Assembly (NCBI RefSeq): GCF_016433145.1
Contig: NC_058132.1
Coordinates: forward strand, 346,083,751 to 346,147,750
Source: Gracilinanus agilis
Taxonomy: Eukaryota
Direction of reading: 5' to 3'
DNA length: 64,000 bases
Shown: piece after piece, positions 47,828 to 61,233 of the stretch
Layout: the number at the start of each line of letters is the position of its first letter
Position numbering within the stretch: position 1 is the stretch's first letter
Notes under the pieces: model-generated
Told to the model about the DNA's origin: nothing
The model's database searches: none
What the model saw: only the letters and a program-made list of their open reading frames with translations
Position numbers and translations under genes: made by a program

Positions 47828-49416
47828 AACTATTGCAATAGTCCAAGTGAAAGGTGATAAGGACCCGAACTTGAGTGGGGACCAGATTAATAGAGAGAAG
47901 GGGATGACTCCAAGAGCTATTATAGAGATAGAATCAACAAGTCTTAATAATTGTTTGGATATGTAGGGTGAGGGAGTTTGAGGAGTCCAGAACACCTTTT
48001 AAGTTGAATACTTGAATGACATGAACATTGATAGTACCATTGAAAAAAACAGGGATATTGGAAATTAGAAGTGGGTTTTAGGGGAAAATAAATTCAGTTT
48101 TGGACTGTTAAATTTGAGTTTCCAGATGTTTGTTTAGGAGAGAGTCTAGAGCTGGACATGTAGATCTGGATATTATCTCCATAAAGACTGTAATTAAACC
48201 CTGTAAAACCTGTGACAGAGTCTTGAGGTATACCCATAGTATGGATGATGATCTAGAAAAAGCTTGACAAGGCATGATTATATGTAGGTTAGAGGGGAAC
48301 AAGAGGGAGCTGTACCACATAAAAATACAGGAAAGTATCTGAGAAGGTGGTCATCAGTATCCGATATTGCAGAGGGGTCAGGAGGATTGAGAATTGGCTA
48401 TCAGATTTAACAATTAATAGATCATTGATCATTTTTGAGAGAGGAGTTTTCAGTTGATTGATGAGATCAGAAGCCAGATGACAAAGGTTTCAGGATAAGT
48501 GGGAAAATAGAAACTGGGGCCTATAAGAGTGTTTAGCTTCTTTCTGGTAGTTTAGTTGTGAAACAAGAAGAAATATAGGACAATAGGTTGAGGAAATAGG
48601 GTTAAATGAGAGTTTTGTGGAGAGTTTTCATGTGTAGATGATCTTTAGGGAATAGAAAAGACCTGAGTGTGCTTTTAGGTAGCAAAAAGGAACCAGTAGA
48701 TAGAAATTGAAAATTATAGAGAGGGTATTGTTATGATTTCAGTCTTTTTGACATAAATTGGAAGGTTTAAGATCAAGAGTACTATGTAGGATTAGCCTTA
48801 GTGAATTATCTTTTTTTTTCTATACACCATCTAAATACCACAGCTCAAAGTGTTTTCACTTACATCTCTTTTAATTTTTGCAAGACTTTGTAAATTGGAA
48901 ATATGGTAGTAATCATTTTATGTTGAACAAAATGAGGCACAGATATTTATGTAAGATTTTCTAGAAATTAAATTAGAATCTCAGGTTTCTGACTACTCTG
49001 GGAGCAAAGGGATAAAGTCTGTTAGTCCTTCCATTAGACCAGTGGTTCTCAAATTTTTTGGTTGACACCTGTACTTCTAAAAATCATTGAGAACCCTTTT
49101 CGCCTCCCCCTCCCCGCTTTTGTTTTTGTGGGTAACATCTATTGATATTTACTGTATTTGAAATTTAAATGTCTTAGTATTATTGTGAAAATATTTTTGA
49201 CCTTAGGAACCCCCATGAGAACTGCTGCATTAAAGATTACTACAAATATTTGACCAGCTTGTCTTTATAAAGCTTCTCATTTACTTTTTCTTCTTTGTTG
49301 TGTTATTCCCAAGTAGTGAACATATATTTAAATATTTCACCAGAAGTAGAAGAGATTGGAAACCATTGACTGGGTCACAGCTGCAGGTGGCACTGGAAAC
49401 ATTTTGGTTCCTGGAC

Positions 49417-49529
49417 ATGCCCGGTGGAAGGAGGGGCCCTAGTCGGCAACAGCTAAGCCGTTCAGCTTTACCTTCTCTACAGACTTTGGTTGGAGGAGGC
49501 TGTGGCAATGGAACAGGTCTAAGAAACAG
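49417..49529 (+). CDS. TMEM39A: TMEM39A first coding exon (113 nt coding; exon probably starts at 49344)
   Basis: [37 protein letters not shown](R) matches the TMEM39A N-terminus. Donor CAG|GTATGG. Confidence 0.97.
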
Positions 49530-49865
49530 GTATGGGCAGAATGGTGCTATTTGTAATGTGATGTGATCAGAAGCCATTAGGCTGCAAAGAGGTATACCTC
49601 ATCAGTAGGTCACTATTAAATACTATTTGAAAGCTTTGAACTATTTTAGAATGTCTTGGATATAGTAATATTGTAATATGGGGATCCCATAGCTAAAGGT
49701 TAGGGAATATATTAGTGTTGTTTCATGGTTAAAAAGAGAATTTTTCCATTAGGTGGTCCTTCCAGCTATTAGCTTTGGACAGTGTAGAAGAAAAAAGTGT
49801 TATTTTGCAAAGAATTGAGAATGGAAGGGTGATAGGTATTGACAGGAAGGAAGTTAAAAGTAATG

Positions 49866-50035
49866 GCTAATTGGAGCTAGGTGGCGCAGCGGACAGAATG
49901 CTAGGCCTAGAATGGGGAGGACCTGAATTCAAATCTGGCCCCAGATAATGGGCAAGTCAATTAACCCTATTCTAGCCTTTGCTCTTCTATTTTAGAGTTA
50001 TTACTAAGGTAGAAAATAAGGCTCAAAAAAAATTT
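49866..50035 (+). mobile_element. Opossum-type CORE SINE
   Basis: Head GCTAGGTGGCGCAGCGGACAG, B box and tail with A-run. Confidence 0.75.
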
Positions 50036-50489
50036 TTTTGAAACTAATGGCTAGTGTGAAATTCTGAGATTATAGGCATAATTCCATTACATTGAAGTAA
50101 GAATTGCCCAAATTCTCTTTTAGTAAAATTTGTTGGCAAAAAATGGGTTTGAAATCTGGTTTTACCAAGATTTTTATTTTAATAGTTTATGTTCTAATAG
50201 GATAAGTGGTTTAATTTGTATATTCGTAGGCTTAATTTATCTATGCTAGTCCTGGTCCTCAGTAGCATGATGATTAAGAATTAAGTATATTTTTAGCCAC
50301 CTCATCAAAAGGTGTGGTTTGTAGCAATAGGTGGGGATTCTATTCTAGCTTCTCCCTAATGTCTTTACTAATCTGTCACTTTCACCATCTGAACAGAGTT
50401 GCTACTTGCTTTCGTTTAAATCCGTATTTTATTCCTCAAGTTTGGTACCAATACAGTTGCAACCTTATTTTTTTCACTTTCAAAAAGAA

Positions 50490-50806
50490 AAGCCCTTATC
50501 TTCTATCTTAGAATCGATACTAGGTTTTGGTTCTAAGGCAGAAAAGGAGTAAGAACTGAGCAATAGGGATTAAGTGACTTGCCCAGGGTCACACAGTTAG
50601 GCAATATCTGAGGACAGATTCCATTTTTAACCCCTTTTAAATACTGTGTATTGATTCTAAGGCAGGAGAGCAATAAGGACTAGGCAACAGGATTAAGTGA
50701 CTTGCCCAAGGTCACACAGTTAGAAATTATCTGGGGCTTATTTTGAACAGAGGACCTCCTATCTCTAGTCCTGGATCCCAGTCCACTGAGCTACATACTG
50801 GTCCCC
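50490..50806 (-). mobile_element. Two tandem antisense SINEs (50490-50620 truncated; 50625-50806)
   Basis: The tail plus CORE block GATTAAGTGACTTGCCCA.GGTCACACAGTTAG occurs twice. Confidence 0.8.
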
Positions 50807-51521
50807 AATCTCATATGCTTTTGTGAAACTTTCCTTGACCATTCCAGCCAAAGAGAGCTCTCCCTCTGCCTTATGAATTCTCTTATATTTTTATATAAAG
50901 CTGTTTTTTAACTCATTCATTTTATTATGTATTCCTGTCTTATCTCCTTACCTAAATTTAAATTCCCAGTAGGCAATAATTGGGCCTTATACTTCTTAAT
51001 AGCCTCTTATATTATTGTCTTAATATCCTCTATACTTTCTAAGCACCTAATATGAACAATATAAAACCTTGAAAACTGATTTAAAAAAAAAAAAGCTGTT
51101 TTTAAACATCATGAAGTTGATAAAGCCTCTGCCTTTGTCCTAGGAAAACCTTGGATGGATATTTTTTCTTGCTTTTGGATTGTGTACCATCTGGTACAGA
51201 CTATGTTTTAGATATAATAAGCAGGGTATAAATCCATTTGTTCGGTCTATTATGACAGCCTTTTTCAGAGAAGGGGAATATATAGGATATGTGTCTTGGA
51301 GCATTTCTGGGGATTTTCTACTGAAAATAGTAATAGCGTGGTTTGGGGATTTGTGTGTGTGTGGAAATTATTCTTAGTTGGAATGACTCTTCCTTTCTCT
51401 TTTATTCTCCTTGTATATATGTAGTTTATTTTTGTAATAGGACTACTGTCCCAGGCTACATGCCCCTAATTATTTTGCTATCTCTTTTAATTCCTTTTAC
51501 TTTTTCCCCCCATCTTCTTCT

Positions 51522-51880
51522 TTTTTTTTAAAATTTAAACATTTATTAATATTCATTTTTAACATGGTTACATGATTCATGCTCCTACTTTTCCCTTCAC
51601 CCCCCGCACTCTCCCCACCGATGGCCGATGCACATTTCCACTGGTTTTGTCATGTGTCCTTGATCAAGACCTATTTCCAAATTGTTGGTAGTTGCATTGG
51701 TGTGGTAGTTTCGAGTCCACACCCTCAATCATGTCCACCCCGACCCATGCGTTCAAGCAGTTGTCTTTCTTATATGTTTCCTCTCCTGTGGTTCTTCCTC
51801 TGAATGTGGGCAGCTTTCTTTACCATAAATCCCTCAGAATTGTCCTGGGTCATTGTATTGCTGCTGGTACAGAAGCCCAT
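51522..51880 (-). mobile_element. Relatively young L1 3' UTR fragment (5'-truncated)
   Basis: Poly-T followed by antisense opossum-type L1 3' UTR with retained CpGs. Approximate TSD CCCCCATCTT(A)CTTCT at both ends. Confidence 0.8.
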
Positions 51881-54370
51881 TACCCCCATCTTACTTCTGA
51901 CTACATTTACCTGTCTAGTGCTGCTGCTTTGAGCTGGTCTCCAAGAATTGTTCTCCTTTTACTCTGAGGGTGTGTGAGGAGTTGAAAATGCCTCTGAAAA
52001 TGACTGAAAGGTAGATGAAAGTTTGGCAGAATCAGGGAAATTGGGAAGAGAGAATGAGTTTTAGAAGATAATGAGTTCTCTTTTGAACTGTTGAATTGAG
52101 GATGCCTGTGAGACATTGATTTCCAAATATTCTGTAAACAATTGAGTTTACTAACCCAATTTCCTGAACCTTGTCACCTATCATTTCCTTCCATCCCTTT
52201 CAGTAGCTAGCTGTAGTGTTCTTGATCCTGTGCATTAGGAAACAAGTTGGTTTCTGATTTCTGTGTATTAATGAAATACAGCAAATTGCCATGTATTAAT
52301 GTAAAAGCATTTTATGTTTTGGAAATTTTAATGTTGGGTGCTGATTTTGAAACTGATCCTACTTCTATAGAGAAACCTTTCTGAAAATACTGACCTTACA
52401 TGATGAAGACTTTCCCTCATGTTCTGTAAACAACCTTCAAGTCTTTAAAAATATCTCATGTTGTATAAACAATAGGAAACTTGGTTCTCTGTATCTTTGT
52501 TCACATTCATAAGACCATTTGGTTTTTGACCAATGCTTAGTATAGAATAACTGACTATAAGAAATAAGCAGGAAAAATATCAATCATACAAATATGTGGT
52601 TATTTACTCTCCCCAGGCTCCTAAAAATAGTACCAATTATCATAGGATCTTAGATTTAAAAGCTGGAAAAGACCTTCAATATAGTCTCTCATTTTCTAGA
52701 CAAGAAAAATTGAGGCCAGCTGAGAGCTGAATTAAGTTGTACAAGGTCCTTTTGATAGTAGGTAGCAGAACTTCTTGCTGTTTATACAACGGAGGATATT
52801 TTCAGAGACTTAAAAATTATTTGTAGAACAGGGGGAGGAGTGAGGGGGAAACCTTGTTATATGAAAAAGGTATGGAAGAGGCATCAGTTTTAGAATCACC
52901 ACCCTACCCTAAAATCATTAAACCTAGAATACTATTGCTTGGTACTGACAACTTGCTATATTTTAAGTACATCAACTGAACCAGAACTCAGCTTTTTTCT
53001 AATAGTGGGGTATTACTCTAGGGGTTTTCCTCTCTCTCCTTTCCTGCCACATAACACAGTTAGCACTTCAAAGCAGCTCCATTCTTTTTGTAATTTTTCA
53101 AAGTCCAGGTCCTATTTTCTTGCATCTCAATGCTAGAATTCCTTGCTTAAATAGTTTTTTGCAATAGAAAGTCTGTTCTCCATTTAAGATTTGAGATCAG
53201 TAACTCTTACTTGGTTCAGTCTATTATGTAGTTTATCATTAGGGTGAAAAGCACATATATGGTGCTTGGGGGGCATTATCCTAAGCAGTATCTCATTCCT
53301 GCCCTTCAGGTATTCTCAGGAACAAAGTTGTCTTTTAAGGGTCTAAAGATGGTAGATCTCAAAAGAATCCAAGTGGAACAGGAAACACTGCCTGTTTGAG
53401 GCAGCAGTGACCCACTTAAAAAAAAGAAGATAGAATGCTACTCCCTTTTTGGATGGATGCGCTTATAGGGGACATTCTGTCGTGATTGTCTTAGGGTGAG
53501 TCAGCATAGACACAAAGATAAATAGTGATATTAATTCCTAATTACTTTAAAAAATGTTTTTTGCAACATGACACCAGCATTCATTTGAGAAATATGACAG
53601 ACACCTGTTTTTAGATTACAATTAATAAATATAGGCATAGATGTTAAAATTGTGAATCATGTGAAAACATGGTCTTCAAACTTCTAGTTTCTTTGTGGTC
53701 AGTAGAATCCGCAAACCATAAAGTAATCATCTGACTCCTGAATCCCACTGCTTAGTACTTCTATCTTACTGGTATTAGGTTACATAGGTTACAACTGCAA
53801 AACAACAAAGAAGGGGAATATGTAATACAAAAGAAAAGGTTTGAGCCATAGGAAAGAAAATGACAGGGACTGAATAGAACAGGGCCACACTGGGATGTGT
53901 TCCTGGTGTGATACAACTATACAGCTTTGCTCTAATAAGAGGTGTAGATATGTTATCTACAAACTACTGTTTATCCTCAGTGCTTTGATTTTGGGATTGT
54001 TTATGAGGGAAGATGAGAAGCAGGGGTTGGAAATTATTTTGTAAGAGACATGATCAAAAGGAATTTCTGGCATGCTGGAAGCAAAAAGCCCTTGGACCTA
54101 GTTTATCCAAAGTGATTGGATACTGAAGAATTTGCTTGGATGGAGGGAAGGCCTTTGTCAGGGGAAGAGTAGCCTTAGTGTTTGTTTCTTCCACATTTTT
54201 GAAGTTAGTTTGACCTTGTAATAGTGAGCAGACTCTTCCCCCCATCTCTGTTCTGTGTAGAATGTGTCCCTGGCAGGAATTATCCAAATGGTGTTCACAA
54301 CTGTAGATTAGAGATTTGCACATTCTGTATCCATGCTCTCATACTTTGTCAAGAAATCTAGGCATTAGAG

Positions 54371-54531
54371 CAGGGGTCGGCAACATATGGCTCTCGAGCC
54401 ATATCTGGCTCTTTCTGCAGGAGCCATAAAGTCAATTTTTTTCAGGCACTGTTACAGGAACGCACACTGTGAGCATTTTTAAAAAATGTGGTGTTTATGG
54501 CTCTCACGGCCAAAAAGGTTGCCGACCCCTG
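54371..54531. mobile_element. hAT MITE, 161 bp
   Basis: Perfect 14-bp TIRs CAGGGGTCGGCAAC and GTTGCCGACCCCTG. Perfect 8-bp TSD CATTAGAG at 54363-54370 and 54532-54539. Confidence 0.95.
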
Positions 54532-54681
54532 CATTAGAGGATGATTACTGTCTACTAGTCTATTGTGCCTTCTGTTATTCACCTCCCATTACCACATGTA
54601 TTGTCAGAAATACTCGTAACTTTCAGAGAGAAAAGTATAGGTTTATGCATGCAATAAAGTACTGGCTATGATGGTGTAGAA

Positions 54682-54873
54682 CAGTGGTTCCCAGACGTTT
54701 TTGGCCTACTGCCCCCTTTCCAGAAAAAATATTACTTAGCCCCCTGGAAATTAATTTTTTTTAATTTTAATAGTAATTAATAGGAAAGATAATGCACCTG
54801 TGGCCATCACCACTTCCCCTGGGTCACTGCAGCACCCACCAGGGGGCGATAGAACCCACTTTGGGAATCACTG
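54682..54873. mobile_element. hAT/Charlie-type MITE, 192 bp
   Basis: Same family as 34242-34435. TSD GTGTAGAA / ATGTAGAC. Confidence 0.9.
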
Positions 54874-55467
54874 ATGTAGACTAAAGTGGGAACTCTAGAG
54901 AAGGACTAGGGGTCCATATACTAAATGAATAGGGCACAAGGATATTGGTAGCTACTTTAGCTCCCTAAAATAATACTTATATCACAACCAAAGAGAAATA
55001 TTTGGAAATTGTCTAGAAAATTTTATAGTTGACAATTAAGTTTGATTTTCACATTTTAATAAAATATGGGTTTGTTAGGTTATTCTAAGATGAAAAGAAT
55101 CAATGAAGAGTAGGTGGCTTGCTACAGAGGTAAATTACAGGAGGGTGCAGAAAAGGAAATGGAAATAGAATGAATAAGAGAACATTAAGAAAATAGGACA
55201 GAATAGTAAAGTACAAGAATGTAAAAACGTTGAGTTAGAAAGATAAAGAGAGCAGGTGCTACTAAACCTGTAGCTGATTACTCAAGCCAGATAGGTTGGG
55301 ATGCTGGCTTTAAACATAAATACATACTCATACTCAAAAACCTTGATGTAAAATAAGTCATTTTTAATACTCTATCCTACAATTATGATACCCTTTTAAG
55401 CCCTTTAGTCTATTTTGTTGTCATCTAAATATAATACTCTTGAAGTAATCATAATTATCTGTTTTAG

Positions 55468-55690
55468 GAATGGTAGCGCTGTTGGCCTTTCAGTCCCTCC
55501 TATCACAGCCTTAATCACTCCTGAGCCTGTACGTCATTGCCAGATTCCAGACTTGCCTGTGGATGGAAGCTTGCTCTTTGAATTTCTCTTCTTCATCTAT
55601 CTTCTGGTGGCCCTGTTCATTCAGTACATCAACATCTACAAAACTGTGTGGTGGTATCCCTACAATCATCCTGCTTCTTGTACTTCATTG
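55468..55690 (+). CDS. TMEM39A: TMEM39A second coding exon (223 nt)
   Basis: TAG acceptor, GTAAGT donor. Encodes [74 protein letters not shown]. Confidence 0.98.
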
Positions 55691-57424
55691 GTAAGTATTA
55701 ACTTTCAAGTTCAAACTAGTTGAGGTAATATTAGATTCTTACATGGATACAAAAATTATAGCAAAAATAATTTTCCATTAAAATTTGTATTGCTTGGAAG
55801 AATATAGCGACTTTATAGTCAAGTTGTTATTCCAAGAATTTTTTCTAATAGTTCATGTTTTGAAGGAATGAAAATATATGGGGATACTTAAAATTAACTA
55901 CCATTTTGAATTTTGTGGCATGAATGCATATTTTCTGCACCATCAAACAATATTTCTACATACAGATTATATTATCTCAGAGTAGAATGGCATTTTGAAT
56001 AGAAAACCAGACTCGGAGTCAAGTATTCTGTTTTCAAGTCCTGCTTCTTGACACATTATAGCTATATGTCATTTGCCAAGTCATTTAACCACTCAGTTTT
56101 TTTTCAGGCAACTCTGGAAGACTAAATTTTAAAATGATTATCAGTCTTCATTATTAAAAGGAGTTTCCTCACTGAAATGTTCCTATGCTGATGAAATCAT
56201 AGGTGTAATGTTAAAAAAAAAAAACTCATCCCCAAAAGTTTGTGATAGGAATTATGCTATATCAGACCTTCCAGCACAAAGAATTCAGAGATAGTGTTTA
56301 GGTTCATACTAGTATCATGCAATGTTTCAGAGACTTCAGTTACCAGCCAATAAAAAATATTCAGCCTTCAATTTGGGGAGTTTTTGAAATTTGACTCTTT
56401 TGAGTATCAAATTAAATTTAATAGAAACATAAGGGCTCTATGTTTGTGAAATAGAACAGGTTTCCAACTCAGTGTTACTTAGCCAATTTGTCATTATCCT
56501 TTGGTGCATTCAGAGTATGCTTTGTGATGTAATACATTCCTGGATTTCTTCCCTACTCTCTGCTAATTGTTGACTAAGGGAGTGGAAGATGATGATAATC
56601 CTTGTGGAGAGAAGAATAAGGATGTTTAGAAGAAGGATGCTTGCATAAAACAAGGCAAGAAGCATTATTTACTAAATGCTTACAATGTGCCAGACCCTGT
56701 ACTAAGCATAAGTAATACAAAAACAAGCATACGCACATGAATATGAGCATGCTAACACATATAAATAATGTGTATATGTGATAAAAGAGCAAATGATTTA
56801 ACAGTCATAAGGCTCCCTATGGAAGGAAGAAGATTCCTGTCCACATTTAAAAAAGCATCATAATTGTGGGAACAGAGTTTTTAAATTACCTAATTTTATT
56901 TGGAAATGCATGTGTCATGAACATGACTAGTGTATGTAACAAGGCCTTAAAAAGGTTGTGAAACACTGGTCTAGTTGATAAAAGAATGGGATAGACATAG
57001 AGGCAGAAGATAGTATGGAAATGAAAGAGTCCCAGAAATGACCCTGGACCTGGATTTCTTAATCTTTTTGGGTCATGGACTCTTTGGTAGTCTGGTGAAA
57101 TCCCTTCTTCTAATAATGTTTTTAAATACCAAAACAAAATATAGAGGAAAGGAAACCAATTATATTCAAATATAGTTAACAAACTATTTTAAAATAGAAG
57201 TTCATACGTCAGGTAAAGAATCCCTTCCATAGATTAATATTCTATTATCAGGAAAGTTTGGACTAGTCTATTTAACAATTAATGTCCCATATAATTAGTC
57301 AATGTATTAATGTTTGCTTAATTCTTCAACTAGATAAGATTGTAATTTTCTTGAAGGTTTAAAATGGTCTAGGTCTATATATACTATATATAGGTCCTAT
57401 AATACTTCTCTATTCTTTACAGCA

Positions 57425-57615
57425 ATAGTATCAAACTTAAATCCAGGCAACCAGTCTGTACTTAAGGATACCTGTGGGCCATGTATTGACTTAAGTTTAA
57501 AATGTAATATCTATGTTTTATTGTTTTTTGTTGCTGTTGAATATTTCCAATTACATTTTAATGTGGCCCAGGCCACATTTGGACATGTTGGCAGGCCATG
57601 TGTTTGACATGAGTG
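57425..57615 (+). mobile_element. Old hAT-type MITE (31873 family)
   Basis: TATCAAACTTAAAT...CCAATTACATTTTAATG...GTGTTTGACA. Confidence 0.7.
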
Positions 57616-57619
57616 TATA

Positions 57620-58800
57620 ATTCCCAAGAATCTCCCTCCCTCTCCTCCCTGAACTAGAGAAGACATCACTTGACAAAAAATATTTGTTTATATAAATGAT
57701 GTATTTCATGTTTCTATTTATTAGTTCTTTCTCTGGAGGTGGACATTCATAAGTTATTCTTCAAACATTAATTCTGTAGCTGTATTATAGTGTTCTTTTG
57801 GTTCTACTCATTTCACTTTTCATAATTTCATGTAGGTCTTGCCATGTTTTTTCCAAAATTATTTGGAAAATAATCATCATTTCTTATAGTGCAGTAGTAT
57901 TTCGTCACAATCATATGCCACAACTTGTTCAGCCATTCCCCAATTGATGGACATCCCCTCAATTTCTAATTCTTTGCTGCTGCCACAAAGAGAGCTGCTT
58001 TAAATATTTTCAGACATATAAGTTCTTTTCCTTTTTACCATATCACTTTGAGATACAGTCTCAGCAGTGGTATTGCCGGGTCTTTGGTGATACACCATTT
58101 TTATAATTTGGCATAATTCCAGATTGTTCTCCATAATGGTTAGATCAGTTCATAGTTCCACCAAAGGTGTATTAGTGCCCCCATTTTTCCACATCTCCAA
58201 CATTTGTCATTTTGCTCTTTTTTTTTTATTTTAGCCAATCTGATAGGTGTGAGATGATATCCTAGATTATTTTGATTTGCATTTCTCTATCAGTAATGAT
58301 TTAGATAATTTTTTCCTTATGACTTCCATTACTTCATCCAACAACTGCCTGTTTGTATCTTGTGAAGATTTATCAATTGTGGGATGGCTTATAGTCTTAC
58401 AAATTTGACAAGTTCTCTGAATGTTTTAGATATGAGACCTCTGATAAACTGTCTATAACCCCCCCCCCCCATTTTCTACTTTGCTTCTAATTTTGGCTGC
58501 ATTTGTTTTATTTATACAAAAACCTTTTAACTTAATATAATCAAAATTATCCATGTTATATATCACAATGTTCACTCTTGTTTATTTACAGATTCCTCTC
58601 AAATCCATAAATCTGAGAGAGAATGTTCCTTGTTCTTCTAATTTACTTATGATATCTTCCTTTATTGTCTAGATTATGTATCTATTTTAATCTTATCTTA
58701 CTAAACATTGTATGATATTGATCTATACCTAATTTCTGCCAAACTGCCTTCCATTTTCCCCAAATGGCGAATTCTTATCCCACAAACTTGGATCTTAGAA
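57620..58800 (-). mobile_element. L1 3' portion (ORF2 C-terminus and 3' UTR), older
   Basis: Antisense L1 text such as CCACAACTTGTTCAGCCATTCCCCAATTGATGGACATCCCCTCAATTTC. Confidence 0.8.
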
Positions 58801-58964
58801 TTTTAATTTTTAATTATATATATCATATACATATCATATATACACACACATATTTACAAATATACATATATATATAATTGCTGAATCTTCATTATGTATG
58901 TATGAATGTAATGCAGTCCTGAAGTCCCAAAGAAACCCACAGATAATCTTGAAGTTCTTTATTT

Positions 58965-59112
58965 TTTTCTCCCTAAAACCCTTACCTTCCATCTTAGAAT
59001 GAAGACTATGTAGTTCCAAGGCCAAAGAATAATAAGGGCTAGGCATTGGAGATTAAATGACTTGCCCAAGATCACATAGTAGGAAGTTTCTGAGGCCAGA
59101 TTTGAACTTGCA
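58965..59112 (-). mobile_element. 5'-truncated SINE1_Mdo-like SINE
   Basis: AAAACCCTTACCTTCCATCTTAGAAT tail and CORE. Confidence 0.8.
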
Positions 59113-59189
59113 GTTCTATTGTTAACACTGAACATTCTGAGCTTTTTTATGACTTGAGAAATTTTCTTTAAATTTTTTTAGTGTTTAGA

Positions 59190-59870
59190 ATGCTTGAGAT
59201 TCAACATCATCCCCTGAAAATTTGCAAAGATGACAAAAGAGGACAGTAGTTTTGGCATGGCTATGTGGAAACAAGACTGGAGATAGGTCTGTGTTAGTGA
59301 AGTGTGAATTGGTCAGACCTTTCTGGTAATCATTTTGAAGTATGCAAAAAAAGTGAGAAAATTCTCCTCCTTTGATTCCGCAGTCCTACTCTTGGACATA
59401 TACCTCAGGAATATATATTGAACCTGCTATAGTAACATTCTTCATGATAGCAAAGAATTGGAAATGAATTGGGTGCCCATCATTTAAACAATGATATGTA
59501 AATGTAATGAAATATTATTGTGCAGCAAGAAATAATGAGTAAAAAATTCAAAGAAACATGGGAATATTTGAATGATCTGCTGCAGAGCAAAATCAGGAGA
59601 ACTAGAAGAACAATATATACAATGACTTTAGGATATCAGTGAAAAAAATCACTAAAACAATGCCAGACTTTGTGTTCTTGGGAAAACCAGTGAAGGTTCT
59701 AGAATATAAATCATAACACATGCCTCTCTTCATTGTAGAGAACCAAGAGACTAATGGAGCAGGATGCTATATACATTATCAGAAGTATTCATTGATTTTG
59801 GATGTTTTTGCTTAATTGATTTTCTTTGTTACAAGGGAGGGTTCAGTAATCTGAGAGAGTCAGCAATGAG
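59190..59870 (+). mobile_element. Old L1 3' fragment
   Basis: AACATCATCCCCTGAAAATTTGCAAAGATGACAAAA...GCAAAGAATTGGAAATGAATTGGGTGCCCATCA. Confidence 0.65.
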
Positions 59871-60344
59871 GTTTTCAGAAATAATTGTGATATAAAGACA
59901 AAAAAATTTTTAGAAATCATATCTGTTGTATCAGTTGATATTTCTTTTATTCCAGGTTCTATCATTGATGTTGATGGCAGGCAAGGCAGTGTGGTATACT
60001 CAAAAGAACAGTGGACTGAAACAGGAGATCTAATTGTCACTGTATATCCTTGGACAAATGACTTCACTGCTATGGGCCTTCATTTCTTTATGCCTAAAAT
60101 GACTAGATCATGTGTAAGGTCCTATCTAGCTCTAAAAGTCTATGTTCAAAATGCTTTCCCATTTTATGAATAAAGACCCAAAGGAATTGGGAGTTTAATT
60201 AATGCACTTAACCAACAGAGTACCAGTGGTAGTTTGGAATTTAAATCTTCTGGCTCTAGTCCAGCCGTTTGTGCTCTAAATCAAGAGGTATCAAAGTTGT
60301 GGCTCCCACAGAGGCCTGGAACTAGATAAAATTTAATTGAAAAG

Positions 60345-60545
60345 GGCAGTTGGGTGGTTCTATAGAGAGCCAAATCTGTAGACAGGAGGTCCTGGGTTCA
60401 AATACGGCCTCAGACACTTCTTAGCTGTGTGACCCTGGGCAAGTTATAAAGTCCTTTAGCTTTCTGAGCTTCAGCTCTTGCCTAGCCTTTGCTGCTCTTT
60501 TCTCTTAGAACTGATACTAAGAGAGAAGGTGTGGGTTTAAAAAAA
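60345..60545 (+). mobile_element. Opossum-type SINE
   Basis: Head, CORE and tail GAAGGTGTGGGTTTAAAAAAA. Confidence 0.8.
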
Positions 60546-61149
60546 TGTAATTGAAAAATGTTTAACAAAATAAATAAAAATATAGTACAACATAAATAAT
60601 GTTCATTGTGGTTTTTTTTTTTAAGTTAATATGCAGGTAGCAGGCATCTATTTTTATATGTGTTTAATACCACTACCCTAAACTATAATGCCAAGTTTTT
60701 ATTGTATTTTTAATTATATCTCCAATTTATGTTTAGTTCTTTAAGTCAGTTAATAATTATTTGTGAATCATGGCTAATGTTTATATAGCACTTTAAGGTT
60801 TGCAGAGTGCTTTACTCATAGAAACCCTAAATGATGTGTAGTGCCAAGTATTACCCTATCTTATGGACTCAGAGAGTTAAAGAAATTTGTTAAGGCCCAT
60901 ACAGTTAGTGTCATAGCTGGTTTTTAGCCATGTTTTTCTGACTCTAGTACCAGTACTTTTCTGACTACAACACACTAAACTTTATCCATGACCATAATGG
61001 TCCCCCTGTAGAAAGTATAACCTTTTGATGACTTGAAGATCCTTCAGATATTGGGCCAACTTTTGTTCTCTGGAAACCAAACACCTACATAGTAGTTTTG
61101 AACTGTATATAGTTTGTTTCTTTCTGATGCAAATATTTGTCCTCTGTAG

Positions 61150-61233
61150 AATTTTCATCTCATTGATTACCACCTGGCTGCATTCATCACAGTGATGCTA
61201 GCAAGGAGGCTTGTCTGGGCGCTCATCTCAGAG
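61150..61233 (+). CDS. TMEM39A: TMEM39A third coding exon (84 nt); gene continues beyond the window
   Basis: TAG acceptor, GTAATG donor. Encodes [28 protein letters not shown]. Confidence 0.98.

Larger units (their letters stand above)
47030..48800 (-). mobile_element. L2 LINE fragment with nested MITE and SINE
   Basis: Antisense L2 3' end AAACATTAAGCACCAATTATGTGCCAGGCAC and purine-rich body. Confidence 0.65.
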
